A stretch of DNA of 64,000 nt from Paraburkholderia sp. (lineage in GTDB: Bacteria > Pseudomonadota > Gammaproteobacteria > Burkholderiales > Burkholderiaceae), in the NCBI GenBank assembly GCA_039593375.1, contig JBCNPL010000001.1:8862-72861 (forward strand), written 5' to 3'. Below are positions 20,501-28,811 of the stretch, piece by piece. The notes under the pieces were generated by a model. That model was not told where the DNA came from, ran no database searches, and saw only the letters and a program-made list of their open reading frames with translations. The stretch's first letter is position 1; each line of letters opens with the position of its first letter. Both the position numbers and the translations under genes were made by a program.

Positions 20501-22057
20501 GCCGCCGGCAATGGAGCCGGTGCCGGCTCCAGCGGCCACGGTGTTGGTATCGCCCAAGGCCAGTGTGGATGCGGCGAGCGCCTGCGACGCATTGCCGATG
20601 GCGACGGTGGAGCCCGCCAGCGCCTTTGTACTGTTGCCGATCGCCGTGGCATTGACGGCCGTGGCGGAACTGTGCGGACCAAATGCGCTGGCGCTTGCCG
20701 CCGATGCCGTAGTGCCGGGGCCAAACGCCATCGAATTCGCCGCCGATGCGGTGGATGCCGTGCCAAAACTGAAGGCATCCTGCGCCAAGGCGCTCGAGTT
20801 CTCGCCTATCGCGATAGAGTCCGGCGAGTTGACCGTGGCTACAGAACCGATCGCGATCGCATTGCTGCTGCCGGTACCAGAAACGACCGCTCCCTGACCC
20901 ATGGCGATCGAAGAGAGCCCTTGCGTCACCGATTGGTAGCCGAACGAGAGTGCGTTTGTGCCGCTGGCGTTGGATCCCGCCCCCAACGCCACGGCATTCT
21001 GCGCCGTGGCGACAGCCAGCGTGCCTGCCGCCACGGAAGAAGGGCCGGAAGACGTTACATCGGTGCCAAGGGCAACCGCCCCATCCGCCGTCGCGCCCGT
21101 GCCCGCGACGCTACGTGCGCCCAGATACACGGAATTGAGGCCGGTGGAGATGGACTGAAAGCCCACGGCGATGGCATGCGTCCCGGAGCCGGTCGCGATA
21201 TAACCCAACGCGATAGCCGCAGCCCCGCTCCCCGTCGTCTGGAAGCCGAAGGCGGTAGCGAAATCGCCGGTAGCGGCCACGTCAGTGCCCATGGCAATGG
21301 ACGACGTGCCTGTCGAACCGGTGCCTGGAGCAGTGCGCGCACCCAGGTAGACGGAGTTGATACCGGTGGCGGAGGCTCCCGCACCAACGGCTACGCCGTT
21401 GAGCTGCGAACCGGCGGCTCCGGCGCCCATTGCCACCACACCCGACGCGGCAGCGGTGGACTTTGCGCCCATTGCAACGCTGTTGTCTCCCGTTGCCTTA
21501 GTCGATGCCCCAACCGCCGTCGACATATTGCCACTTGAAATGGAGTCCACGCCCATGCCAATGGCGCTGGATCCGTTAGCTTGGACGTCCGTACCGATGG
21601 CAATCGCCGACTCGGCGGTCGCGCCTGTACCGGGAGCACTGCGCGCACCCAGGTAAATCGCGTTAGTCGCAGTGGCAATGGCTTGATAGCCGACGGCCGT
21701 GGGATTGATCCCCGTCGCGTTGGCGCCATAGCCTACCGCAGTGGCTCCGCCTCCAGAGGCTGTGGACATGTAGCCCATGCATGAAGTGGAGCCACTATAG
21801 AAATAGTAGGGAGCCCCGGAGCAGCTCACTTGGGCCTGCGCTTGCGCAGTCCATCCACCCAAGCCTGTCAACAACAGCATGACCAGAACGCGTAGATGGG
21901 TACGGTGCCGAATGGAGGCATCGTGCTCGCCACGCCGATCGCCGCATACGGCCGCCCCGGCTCCCGCTTTCCCCTTGCCGCACGACCTGTCCAACTCCGA
22001 TGCGGCGACCCAGGCGCCAAGCGCCTCGTTCCATATCGTCTTGAATGACTTGTTCAT
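17525..22057 (-). CDS. Trimeric autotransporter adhesin (YadA family) with extended signal peptide, ~1510 aa
   Basis: ESPR MNKSFKTIWNEALGAWVAASEL; head repeats (AxAxG); neck motifs DAVNVSQL/DAINGSQL; KYFHANS; anchor GVATAMAVAGLPQ..GAGYQW. Confidence 0.96.
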   Translation of the reverse strand: MNKSFKTIWNEALGAWVAASELDRSCGKGKAGAGAAVCGDRRGEHDASIRHRTHLRVLVMLLLTGLGGWTAQAQAQVSCSGAPYYFYSGSTSCMGYMSTASGGGATAVGYGANATGINPTAVGYQAIATATNAIYLGARSAPGTGATAESAIAIGTDVQANGSSAIGMGVDSISSGNMSTAVGASTKATGDNSVAMGAKSTAAASGVVAMGAGAAGSQLNGVAVGAGASATGINSVYLGARTAPGTGSTGTSSIAMGTDVAATGDFATAFGFQTTGSGAAAIALGYIATGSGTHAIAVGFQSISTGLNSVYLGARSVAGTGATADGAVALGTDVTSSGPSSVAAGTLAVATAQNAVALGAGSNASGTNALSFGYQSVTQGLSSIAMGQGAVVSGTGSSNAIAIGSVATVNSPDSIAIGENSSALAQDAFSFGTASTASAANSMAFGPGTTASAASASAFGPHSSATAVNATAIGNSTKALAGSTVAIGNASQALAASTLALGDTNTVAAGAGTGSIAGGHNSQVVSGTGAVALGEAQTASGNGAVAIGDPNSATGTGAVAMGSNNTANGNGAVAIGNGNNAQGLGSLALGNTSTAAAAGAIALGSLATAANVNDVALGSGSVTAAPNPTGTVSINGTTYTFSGTNPASVVSVGTLNGERQITNVAAGRIAQSSTDAINGSQLWATNQALTALNSGAVKYDTSGGTVNYNSLTLDPGGSATQIHNVAAGTAPSDAVNVSQLDSTVAASATHYYSVNDNGTQQGNYANNGASGVNAIAAGPNATASSASGVALGSGATSSNTSAVAIGSNAKATAANSVALGPNATTTANLGLAAYNPGTGTLSGTAPVGEVSVGSSGAERRITNVAAGAAPTDAVNVSQLQSVESQVTQTQNNSLQWDPTANGGTGAYSADHGGTGPNVITNVAPGALSPTSTDAVNGSQLYTTNQNVSNLSTTVSNIQNGAGIKYFHANSTAADSQAIGTDSVAIGPLAVATGNDSLAAGNGAQAQIANALALGALSTVSIAGGVAIGSGSISDRVVAPSTTPIAAGSYSIPVNNPSGTLLGGVSFGSAGNYRQLINVADGTGQHDAVTIEQLSGALQSFAVTPIQYFHANSTAADSLAVGSQSIAVGPTTVVNGDNGVGMGNGAIVGQFAPGGVAIGEAATSGQADAIALGSKSTANGAESIAQGANSNAGFAGGIAIGSAANSGAVDAVALGAGSSATFANSVALGAGSLTTIGALSNYIGYGLSSPTSSVGEVNVGFRQITGLAPGKAATDAVNVSQLQAVQQQLTTLINNGGSFSSTSPSGGSSGTTAATPTGPNSSAGGSGAVASGSSSTAVGNNSQASGSGTTAVGMGATATGNSSTAIGAGSNDGGRSDVVAVGSSTSTRQVINVAAGTAPNDAVNVQQLSNALSQANSYTDNQIAGLRNSLDSYRRDADGGVATAMAVAGLPQPTGPGKSMVAIAGSVYRGQSGQALGVSTISENNHWIYKAAVSTNTRGTYGAVVGAGYQW
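21050..21720 (-). repeat. Three intragenic head repeats with a YLGARxxxGTGxT..A(I/M/L)GTDV insertion motif
   Basis: NAIYLGARSAPGTGATAESAIAIGTDV / NSVYLGARTAPGTGSTGTSSIAMGTDV / NSVYLGARSVAGTGATADGAVALGTDV; boundaries approximate. Confidence 0.8.
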
Positions 22058-22857
22058 CTTTGTTCCACCTTGTTTTGCTTGCACTTCATGTCGCACTAAC
22101 GAGAGCGATCGAGCGCGAAGAGAACCGACCGCGAATCGCACCCGCACGCAGCGTGTCAGCCGGCCGCTCAGCCTTTAGATATAGACGAGCGAACCCCACA
22201 GGCTTCCAGCCGCGCGGCTGGCCCAGTTCAGTTAGGACTACTAATTTTTGCGTCGGCTACCCAAGAACCGAGGTCAATTGCCGCGCGGCATGACATAGCG
22301 CGCGACGCACCGCTCCGAACGCCCGAGCAACCTCAATGCGAGTGCACGCGCCCTCTCGCGCGAGAAGCGTCCTCGAATTCAGATTGCAGGGAGACGACGG
22401 ATGGACAAGACCGGGTTTTCAGTCGCTCGACGCCTGGCCCGCTGCTAGCTTATGGCGGAGCGTGTTGACAAGCATGAGCCACCGAAGCGAACCCAAGGTG
22501 AATGGTTCGGTGGGATGAATCCGCTTCTTCTCGTTCTAGACTTTTGCCCCAATGTTTCCCGCTGATGATGCTCATAGTTATCGTACCCTCGGTAGTACTG
22601 CGGTGACGATTTCCCCATATGCGCGACATCATGCGACGCGCGCGACCACCTTATATTTATTGTCAAAACCGGCCGCGGATCCGCCACCTGCTCACCCGCG
22701 TGCCCCGACGCTAGCGCTCTTCAGCGTCGAACACTCATTCGTTTAAGCGCTCAAATCTACTGTGAAATAAGGAACGCCTTTTGTCCAGACGATGCGCGAG
22801 GAAAAAGATCCGATTTTGCAATTCCTCACAAAGTCCGGCTATATGACTACACTCCTT

Positions 22858-22871
22858 TAGGAAAATCCTTA
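22858..22871 (-). promoter_or_regulatory. RcsB/LuxR-type response-regulator box-like site
   Basis: Minus strand TAAGGATTTTCCTA resembles the RcsAB consensus TaAGaatatTCctA; lies in an AT-rich tract upstream of the adhesin. Confidence 0.4.
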
Positions 22872-23094
22872 CATCGCGAGAGCAATGCACGGGTATGGCG
22901 GTGCCTTGTTTCACGCTAGTGCCGCTGACATACCATCAAGACAGTCCCATCTCGCCATGCTGAACATGCGTCGATCGCTATTTAGGTCTCCTAAACGTTG
23001 TCCGCCGATGAACGGCCTGGCGATATCAACAATAGGCCCATACCTCAAGGGCTCGAGCTTCGCTGAAGCATGCGCCGTCTCACTTGTCTTTACT

Positions 23095-23108
23095 CGCAAA
23101 CGTTTGCG
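23095..23108. promoter_or_regulatory. Perfect 14-bp palindrome CGCAAACGTTTGCG, copy 1
   Basis: Identical copy at 39517; resembles LacI/PurR-type operators. Confidence 0.5.
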
Positions 23109-23264
23109 TCAACGATGTCCGCTCGCGAACGTGCATCGTCCTCGCTCGATGCACGTTCGATTAAGTGCTTACCCGAACTTTGCGCGAAGCCGTAACTTTT
23201 GTCTAGACAAAAGCGCGCGCCAGCGAGGGAGTTTGCAATTTTTGAGAATTGCCGGTCGCATGCC

Positions 23265-24188
23265 TCAGCGCCGCGCAGCCTCTTCCAGCAGATCCCGCAC
23301 GAGCTCGGCGGACACGTAATGCGGGCCGTCGAACAAGTAGACGCGGTAGCCTCGATACGCGAGCAGTTGCGGCGCCAGCTCGGCCGCCGTCGCCGGCCGG
23401 AACGCGCCTTTGTGCTCGGGGCGGAACGCTTCGGCGATGATCCGCGTGCGCTCCTTGCCGCGCCGCGCCGCCAACGCGTCGGCATAGGCTCGCGCCGCCG
23501 CTGGCCCTCGCACGCCGACGCCGCAGCCGTCCTGCAGGAATACGCCTACATCGGGCGGCAGCCAGCGCGTCACCCAATCGGCAAGCGCGGCCCCGCCGAT
23601 GTTCGAGTTGTCGTACACGCTGATCCAAAGCGGCCGCGGCAACTGCTCGAGCAGCGGCCCGAGCGCGCGAGCGCCGGCCCACGTCGGGTCGACTTCGACC
23701 GGGAAGTAGTACCCGTCGATATGAGCGGACGGCAACATGGTCGCGAGTTGCTTCGACTGGGCAATCAGTCGCGCGACTCGCGCGCGCGCCGTCGTCTCGT
23801 CGAAGCGCCCCGCGAGGCCGACGATGACATTGCGCGCCCATGGCTCGCCCGCAATGCGTGTCCAGTCGGGCAGGTGTTCCGATGTTGCGAGACCGGCTAA
23901 CCGGCTTTTCCGATGCGTCGCCGTGCCCGGCAGAAACGAGAGATCGTCGACCGCGGTCCACTGCACGAGCAGGTCCGTCACGCCGAGCCGGTCCCAGTCG
24001 CCATGGGGATCGAGATGGTCATCGTCGACTTGCCAAACGATGCCTTGCGCCAGCGCTTCCGGCTGGTCGAGCGGCCTCGATGCGCAGCCAATCGGCAATG
24101 CCGCGCAGAGGCCCGCGGCGATGAGCGCGCGGCGGCGCGGCGATATCAATTCCGAGCGTGCCTCGGAAACGATCGTCGACTCACGCAT
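23265..24188 (-). CDS. DUF4434/YbcH-like putative glycoside hydrolase with Tat-lipoprotein-like signal
   Basis: PRRRALIAAGLCAALPIGC; GIVWQ, LLVQWT, GYYFPVEVD, PLWIS and VFLQDGCGV parallel recalled YbcH motifs; TGATG overlap with the upstream gene. Confidence 0.72.
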   Translation of the reverse strand: MRESTIVSEARSELISPRRRALIAAGLCAALPIGCASRPLDQPEALAQGIVWQVDDDHLDPHGDWDRLGVTDLLVQWTAVDDLSFLPGTATHRKSRLAGLATSEHLPDWTRIAGEPWARNVIVGLAGRFDETTARARVARLIAQSKQLATMLPSAHIDGYYFPVEVDPTWAGARALGPLLEQLPRPLWISVYDNSNIGGAALADWVTRWLPPDVGVFLQDGCGVGVRGPAAARAYADALAARRGKERTRIIAEAFRPEHKGAFRPATAAELAPQLLAYRGYRVYLFDGPHYVSAELVRDLLEEAARR

Positions 24189-25705
24189 CAGCTTGCCGCC
24201 GGACCGGCCATGAGATGACTGCCACGCTCACCTTGCTCGTTGCTCGCCGCGCGAACATTGTTGCGACTACGGTATTCGAGTGCGAGCCGCGCGCGATCCG
24301 TCTTGAAGTTGACCGATACGGGCAACGACTCGCACGCAAGCAGCTCCGAAGGAATCATATAAGGAGGCAGATGCGCCGCGAGCTGAGTTTTCCAATCGCG
24401 CAGCGCTTCGGGCAAAACGTCGTCGCCCCGCCCCGTGGCGATGAATGCGACGATGCGTGCGACGGTCCCGTCGGGCCGGCGCAGCGCAACGGCTGCCGCG
24501 CTCGATACGCCTTCGAGCGCACGCAGCGCGGCGTCGATCTCCATGAGCTCGATCCGGTAACCGCCAACTTTGACTTGATCGTCGATGCGCCCGTGACAAA
24601 AGAGCAGTCCGCCGCTCTCGACGCTGCCGAGGTCGCCGGTCCGGAAAGCGCGCATGCCATCGTGCGTGAACATGCGCGTGGCGTTCAGATCGGCGCGGTT
24701 CAGATACCCGCGCATGACATGCGGTCCGGCGATGCAAAGCTCGCCATCGTCGACGAACACCGCGCTCGAGCGGCGCGCGTATCCGATCGGCAGACGCTCG
24801 GGATGCGCCGCCAACACCGCGTCGTCGACGACGATCCAAGTCGTCGCGACCGTGGCCTCGGTCGGCCCGTAGGTGTTGATGATGCGCGCGCCCGGAAAGC
24901 GCTCGCGCAGCCGCCGCGCAAGCGGCACCGGCAGGACTTCGCCGCAGAAGAGGAATGTGCGCAGCGCCGGCAGCGCCTCCTGCGTGAATCGCGGATGGAG
25001 CAACTGCTGTTGCGCGAACGACGGTGTGGAGACCCAGGTGTCGACATGCTCTCTCGCTAGCAACTCGATGAACGCGGGGCCAGGCAAGGCCAAGGTGCGC
25101 TCGGCGAGCACGATCGTTCCGCCGAGGGCGAGCGTGGCGAAAACTTCGTACATCGAAAGATCGAAGCTGAACGGCGCCTGATTCAGAAACACGGGATTCG
25201 CGCCGAGGCCGAAGTCGGCCGCCATCCAATCGACGAGCGCCTCGACGCTCTCGCGTCCGATCTGTACGCCCTTCGGCTCACCGGTTGTGCCCGACGTGAA
25301 GAGCACATAGGCGAGCGAGGTCTCGCGCAACGCCGGCGTGCGCGTCGCTCCGCTTACGTCGAAGGTCTTGAAGGTACCGCTGCGCGCATCGAAGTACGCG
25401 TGAGCGTCGAGCGTACGCGCGATGCGATGCATGCGCTCGTCGGGATAGATGGTATCGAGTGGCACGAACGGTGCGCCGAGCAGCAACGCGCCCGTCATCG
25501 CAACGAAGAACGCCGCTTCCTTGTGTCCGTGCACGATCACGGGCGTGTCGGCACCGTAGCCCGCCGCAACCGCCGCGTCGCGCCACGCCGAGGCCTCGGC
25601 CTCGAGCTCGCGCCAATTCAACGTGCGGTCCGCGCCGACAACAGCCGCCGCGTCCGGGCGCAGCGATGTATCGACGAAACGACTCGTAGCCAGATCGAAA
25701 CGCAT
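24188..25705 (-). CDS. DltA-like stand-alone amino acid adenylation enzyme (D-Ala/Gly-carrier protein ligase)
   Basis: Start moved to ATG 25705; YVLFTSGTTGEPKGV, NQAPFSFDLS, WVSTPSF, FLFCGEVLP, NTYGPTEATVA, FRTGDLG, GRIDDQVKVGGYRIELMEI, NFKTDR. Confidence 0.88.
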   Translation of the reverse strand: MRFDLATSRFVDTSLRPDAAAVVGADRTLNWRELEAEASAWRDAAVAAGYGADTPVIVHGHKEAAFFVAMTGALLLGAPFVPLDTIYPDERMHRIARTLDAHAYFDARSGTFKTFDVSGATRTPALRETSLAYVLFTSGTTGEPKGVQIGRESVEALVDWMAADFGLGANPVFLNQAPFSFDLSMYEVFATLALGGTIVLAERTLALPGPAFIELLAREHVDTWVSTPSFAQQQLLHPRFTQEALPALRTFLFCGEVLPVPLARRLRERFPGARIINTYGPTEATVATTWIVVDDAVLAAHPERLPIGYARRSSAVFVDDGELCIAGPHVMRGYLNRADLNATRMFTHDGMRAFRTGDLGSVESGGLLFCHGRIDDQVKVGGYRIELMEIDAALRALEGVSSAAAVALRRPDGTVARIVAFIATGRGDDVLPEALRDWKTQLAAHLPPYMIPSELLACESLPVSVNFKTDRARLALEYRSRNNVRAASNEQGERGSHLMAGPAAS

Positions 25706-25715
25706 GGCCGCCGCT

Positions 25716-25952
25716 CTACCGGTTCTCGGCCACGAACGACGCGAGCGCCTGCACGGTCGCGAGGTGCTCGGCGATTTCGGTCGGCGGCACGTGAACGCCG
25801 AGCACTGCCTCGACACGCAACACGATTTCGACGGCCAACACCGAATCGACGAGCCCTGACTCGATAAGCGGCGTATCGACCTCGACCGTGCGCAGCACGA
25901 CCGATTCGACGATCTCTTTGACTTCGGCGAGCGGCTCAGACGTTGAACGCAT
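25716..25952 (-). CDS. Acyl/aminoacyl carrier protein (DltC-like)
   Basis: 78 aa, acidic; phosphopantetheine motif LIESGLVDSVLAVEIV; GAGGGG SD. Confidence 0.88.
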   Translation of the reverse strand: MRSTSEPLAEVKEIVESVVLRTVEVDTPLIESGLVDSVLAVEIVLRVEAVLGVHVPPTEIAEHLATVQALASFVAENR

Positions 25953-25964
25953 GGGGTATCCCCT

Positions 25965-27596
25965 CTAGAACTGGAAATAAAGAAAGCGCACTTCGCCGTG
26001 CAACTGCGCCGCGCAGACGAACAGCAGCGCGAACGTCACGACGGCCCAGCGCCACGACGGGCGCCAGACGAGCCACGCGGGCACGTCGAGCGCGGCGCGA
26101 TCGAGCGCCGGCGAAAAGCGCCCCATGAGCTGATGCGAATTCGGCGCAAACCACGCGATCGCAAGCAGCGCCGCGATCTGCAGCGCCGGCAGCGCGCGGC
26201 CTAGCGTAAGCCGCAACGATTCCAGCACGTCGACGCCGGTCTGCCCGATCGGCAAGGCATCGATCGACTCGATACCGCGCAAGCCGGCCATCCCCTTCAG
26301 CAACGCAAACGCGTCCTCCATGCCGTGCGCGCGAAAAAACACGAAGGCGACGAGCACCGCGACGAATGTAATAAGGACATTCATGAGATGGCACAGCCGC
26401 GCCGTGAAGCCAGTGCGTGGCAGGGCGTGAGCTCCGGACGCGGTGGTGCCGGTCGGCGGCTCGGCGCGCCAGGCCCGGTACGCATGATTGATGGTCAGAT
26501 AGCCCGCGTGAAGCAGCCCGTAGATCAGATACTGCAAGCCGGCACCATGCCAGATACCGGCGAGACCCATCGTGTAGAACGTCGGCACCGCGACGGTCGT
26601 AGCGAAACCCGATACCGACTGCTGGGCCGCGCGCCCCGTCGCTCGACCGCGCGCGGCGCGGCGACGGTTGATGCGCATCGCGAGCGGGTAGTAGAGATAG
26701 GCGCTCAGATAGCGCGTGAGCGTCATATGCCAGCGCTGCCAGAAGTCGATGATGCTCGTCGCCTTGAACGGCGAATTGAAGTTGAGCGGAAACCGCACGC
26801 CGAACAGCTTGGCAAGCCCCACGGCCATATCGGAGTAGCCCGAGAAATCGAAATAGAGCTGCATGGCATAGGCGAGGCACGTGCCCCACGCCGCCAGCGT
26901 TTGCAACGAGCCGGGCGCCGCGAAGCCGGCGTCGGCGAACGGTGCGATCGGATCGGCGAGCAGCAGCTTCTTCGCCAGCCCCATCGCGAACACAGTCGCG
27001 CCGACCGACAAGTTCTCGGCGTGCCAGCGGTACGTTTCAGGCCGCGCGAACTGCGTCATCATCTCTTTGTGATGCAGGATCGGTCCCGCGATCAGGTGCG
27101 GAAAGAACGTGACGAACTGCACGAAACCGAGCCCGTCGGGTGTCTTCACGATGCGCGCATTGCAGTCGAGCAGATAGCCGATCTGCGTGAACGTGAAGAA
27201 CGACACGCCGAGCGGCAACGCCACGCTTTGCGCCGCCTGCGCGAGCGCGCCATGCGGCACGACGCCGGTCCATTCGATCACGGTGCCCGCGAGCAGCGCG
27301 AGGTATTTGTATCGAACGAGCACGCCGAGATCGATCGCGATCGCGAACGCGAGCCATGCGCGTCGCGCGCGCGAGTTTGGAGCAGCCGCCATGATCGCCC
27401 GACTCATCGCGTAGTTGAATGCGATCGAGACCGCGAGCAAGCCGACGAACGCGGGGTTCCATGCGCCGTAAAAGACGATCGACGCCGCGCAGAGCCAGAG
27501 AGCCGCGACGCGCGGATGCCTCGCACCGGCGGCGTAGTAGCCCGCCAGCGCGATCGGCAAGAACAGCGTGAGGAACAGGAACGAGTTGAATAGCAT
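25965..27596 (-). CDS. MBOAT O-acyltransferase (AlgI/DltB family)
   Basis: MLFNSFLF, PLGVSFFTF, FFPHLIAGPI, YFDFSGYSDMA, DFWQRWHMTL, GIWHGA (catalytic His), C-terminal FLYFQF. Confidence 0.94.
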   Translation of the reverse strand: MLFNSFLFLTLFLPIALAGYYAAGARHPRVAALWLCAASIVFYGAWNPAFVGLLAVSIAFNYAMSRAIMAAAPNSRARRAWLAFAIAIDLGVLVRYKYLALLAGTVIEWTGVVPHGALAQAAQSVALPLGVSFFTFTQIGYLLDCNARIVKTPDGLGFVQFVTFFPHLIAGPILHHKEMMTQFARPETYRWHAENLSVGATVFAMGLAKKLLLADPIAPFADAGFAAPGSLQTLAAWGTCLAYAMQLYFDFSGYSDMAVGLAKLFGVRFPLNFNSPFKATSIIDFWQRWHMTLTRYLSAYLYYPLAMRINRRRAARGRATGRAAQQSVSGFATTVAVPTFYTMGLAGIWHGAGLQYLIYGLLHAGYLTINHAYRAWRAEPPTGTTASGAHALPRTGFTARLCHLMNVLITFVAVLVAFVFFRAHGMEDAFALLKGMAGLRGIESIDALPIGQTGVDVLESLRLTLGRALPALQIAALLAIAWFAPNSHQLMGRFSPALDRAALDVPAWLVWRPSWRWAVVTFALLFVCAAQLHGEVRFLYFQF

Positions 27597-27605
27597 CTTC
27601 GGACT

Positions 27606-28811
27606 TCAGTTCTTTTGGTCGCGGGACGCATCGGCAACGCGTGCGTCCCCCGGCGGCATCGAGAGCGCGTCTTCGGACATCTCCCAGACGACGACGCGCA
27701 GGCTCTTCGGCCAGTTCGCGCGCTGCGCCCACTGCGCCGCCAGCGCGCGATCGAATTGGCCGTCGTCGACGCTCGTGTTCCAGACCTCGCGTCCGAGCGC
27801 GGCGCCGAGCCGCTCGGCAAAGGCGCTGCGGCGCGAGAACGAACTGCCCGCCAATAGCACTTCGGGCGGCGGACCGTCGTCGAGCAGGCCGCCGCTCGTT
27901 TGCGCGTGCATCGTTTCGGCCACTTCGAGATCGGGCGCCGGACGCCAGCCGTCGGGCACGTCGCCGAGCCCGGCCAGCTTCAGCAGATCGCCGACGCGAG
28001 GCGTCGCCGCGTGTGCGTGCTCGGTCGTGAAACGCGCGTCGCCGCGCGCGCCCAAAATGGGCAGTACCTCGGCGCCGACCGCATCGGCGGCCGCTTGCGC
28101 ACCGGCCGCATTCCAATGGACGTCGGTCCGATAGAAAGCGGGCCGGGCCGCACGCAGTGCGTCGAGCAGATCGACATGAGCGACGCCGGCCGACACGAGC
28201 GCATTGCGCCATGCGTCGAAACGCGCCGTCATCCGCGGGTCTTGCCGCAGGCCGCAGAGCGCCGTCGTCTCGACGCGCGCCTTGTCCGGCACCGTCACGA
28301 CGACGAGCGCGATGCCATCGCGGCGGAGCGCCTCTGCGTAGCGGTGCAGCGTAGCCACGCGCGCATTCAGCGCCGCATCGACGGGGTCGACGTTCGTGGT
28401 GGCAGGTGGCGGGCGCAGCCCGTCCGTATAAAAGAGCCAACCGGGACAACCCTCGCGCACTTGCGACCCGAGATCGCCGAGCAACCGATAGCGCAGCGCG
28501 GCCTGCCACCGTCGCAGCAAAGGTGCATAGGGCACGTCGATCGCGCGATCGATCCGGTGCAGGACGCTGCCGTCACGCCAGGCGGCGCGTGACGCAAGAT
28601 CGAACGCCGGATCGTCCCGCGTGAGCCGCACGAGCGATGCGACGGCCAGCGCGAGCCCAGCCGCGAGCAATGCGACCACGCACCAGGCCATGCGCCGGTG
28701 CGCGCGTGCCTCGCCGGAGGGACCGTCGCCCCCGGCCCCGGAGCGATCGGCGAGCGCCGCCTGGGCGGTGCGCTGATCGGCCGGTGCCGCGCGATCGAGC
28801 GTCGTGCTCAT
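27606..28811 (-). CDS. AlgJ/AlgX-like SGNH acyltransferase, N-terminally membrane anchored
   Basis: TM segment; VREGCPGWLFY, VPDKARV, FYRTDVHWN (DxH), LAGSSFS, VVWE. Confidence 0.88.
   Translation of the reverse strand: MSTTLDRAAPADQRTAQAALADRSGAGGDGPSGEARAHRRMAWCVVALLAAGLALAVASLVRLTRDDPAFDLASRAAWRDGSVLHRIDRAIDVPYAPLLRRWQAALRYRLLGDLGSQVREGCPGWLFYTDGLRPPPATTNVDPVDAALNARVATLHRYAEALRRDGIALVVVTVPDKARVETTALCGLRQDPRMTARFDAWRNALVSAGVAHVDLLDALRAARPAFYRTDVHWNAAGAQAAADAVGAEVLPILGARGDARFTTEHAHAATPRVGDLLKLAGLGDVPDGWRPAPDLEVAETMHAQTSGGLLDDGPPPEVLLAGSSFSRRSAFAERLGAALGREVWNTSVDDGQFDRALAAQWAQRANWPKSLRVVVWEMSEDALSMPPGDARVADASRDQKN

Noticed and set aside
17525-22057. CRISPR or non-coding repeat array
   Set aside because: The repeats are in-frame adhesin head/neck motifs, with no constant repeat-spacer pattern
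22200-22290. c-di-GMP-I riboswitch-like words on the minus strand upstream of the adhesin (GGCAA..GACGCAAA..CTAA..GCCAGCC)
   Set aside because: No GNRA tetraloop, and the second stem does not pair; probably coincidental. An Infernal scan with the c-di-GMP-I model would settle it
22885-23319. 144-aa plus-strand ORF in the adhesin upstream region
   Set aside because: No recognisable motif or clear SD, atypical composition, and it overlaps the end of the ybcH-like gene
24188-25952. NRPS / secondary metabolite cluster
   Set aside because: No condensation, thioesterase or KS domains; the A domain is DltA-like and sits with MBOAT/SGNH genes
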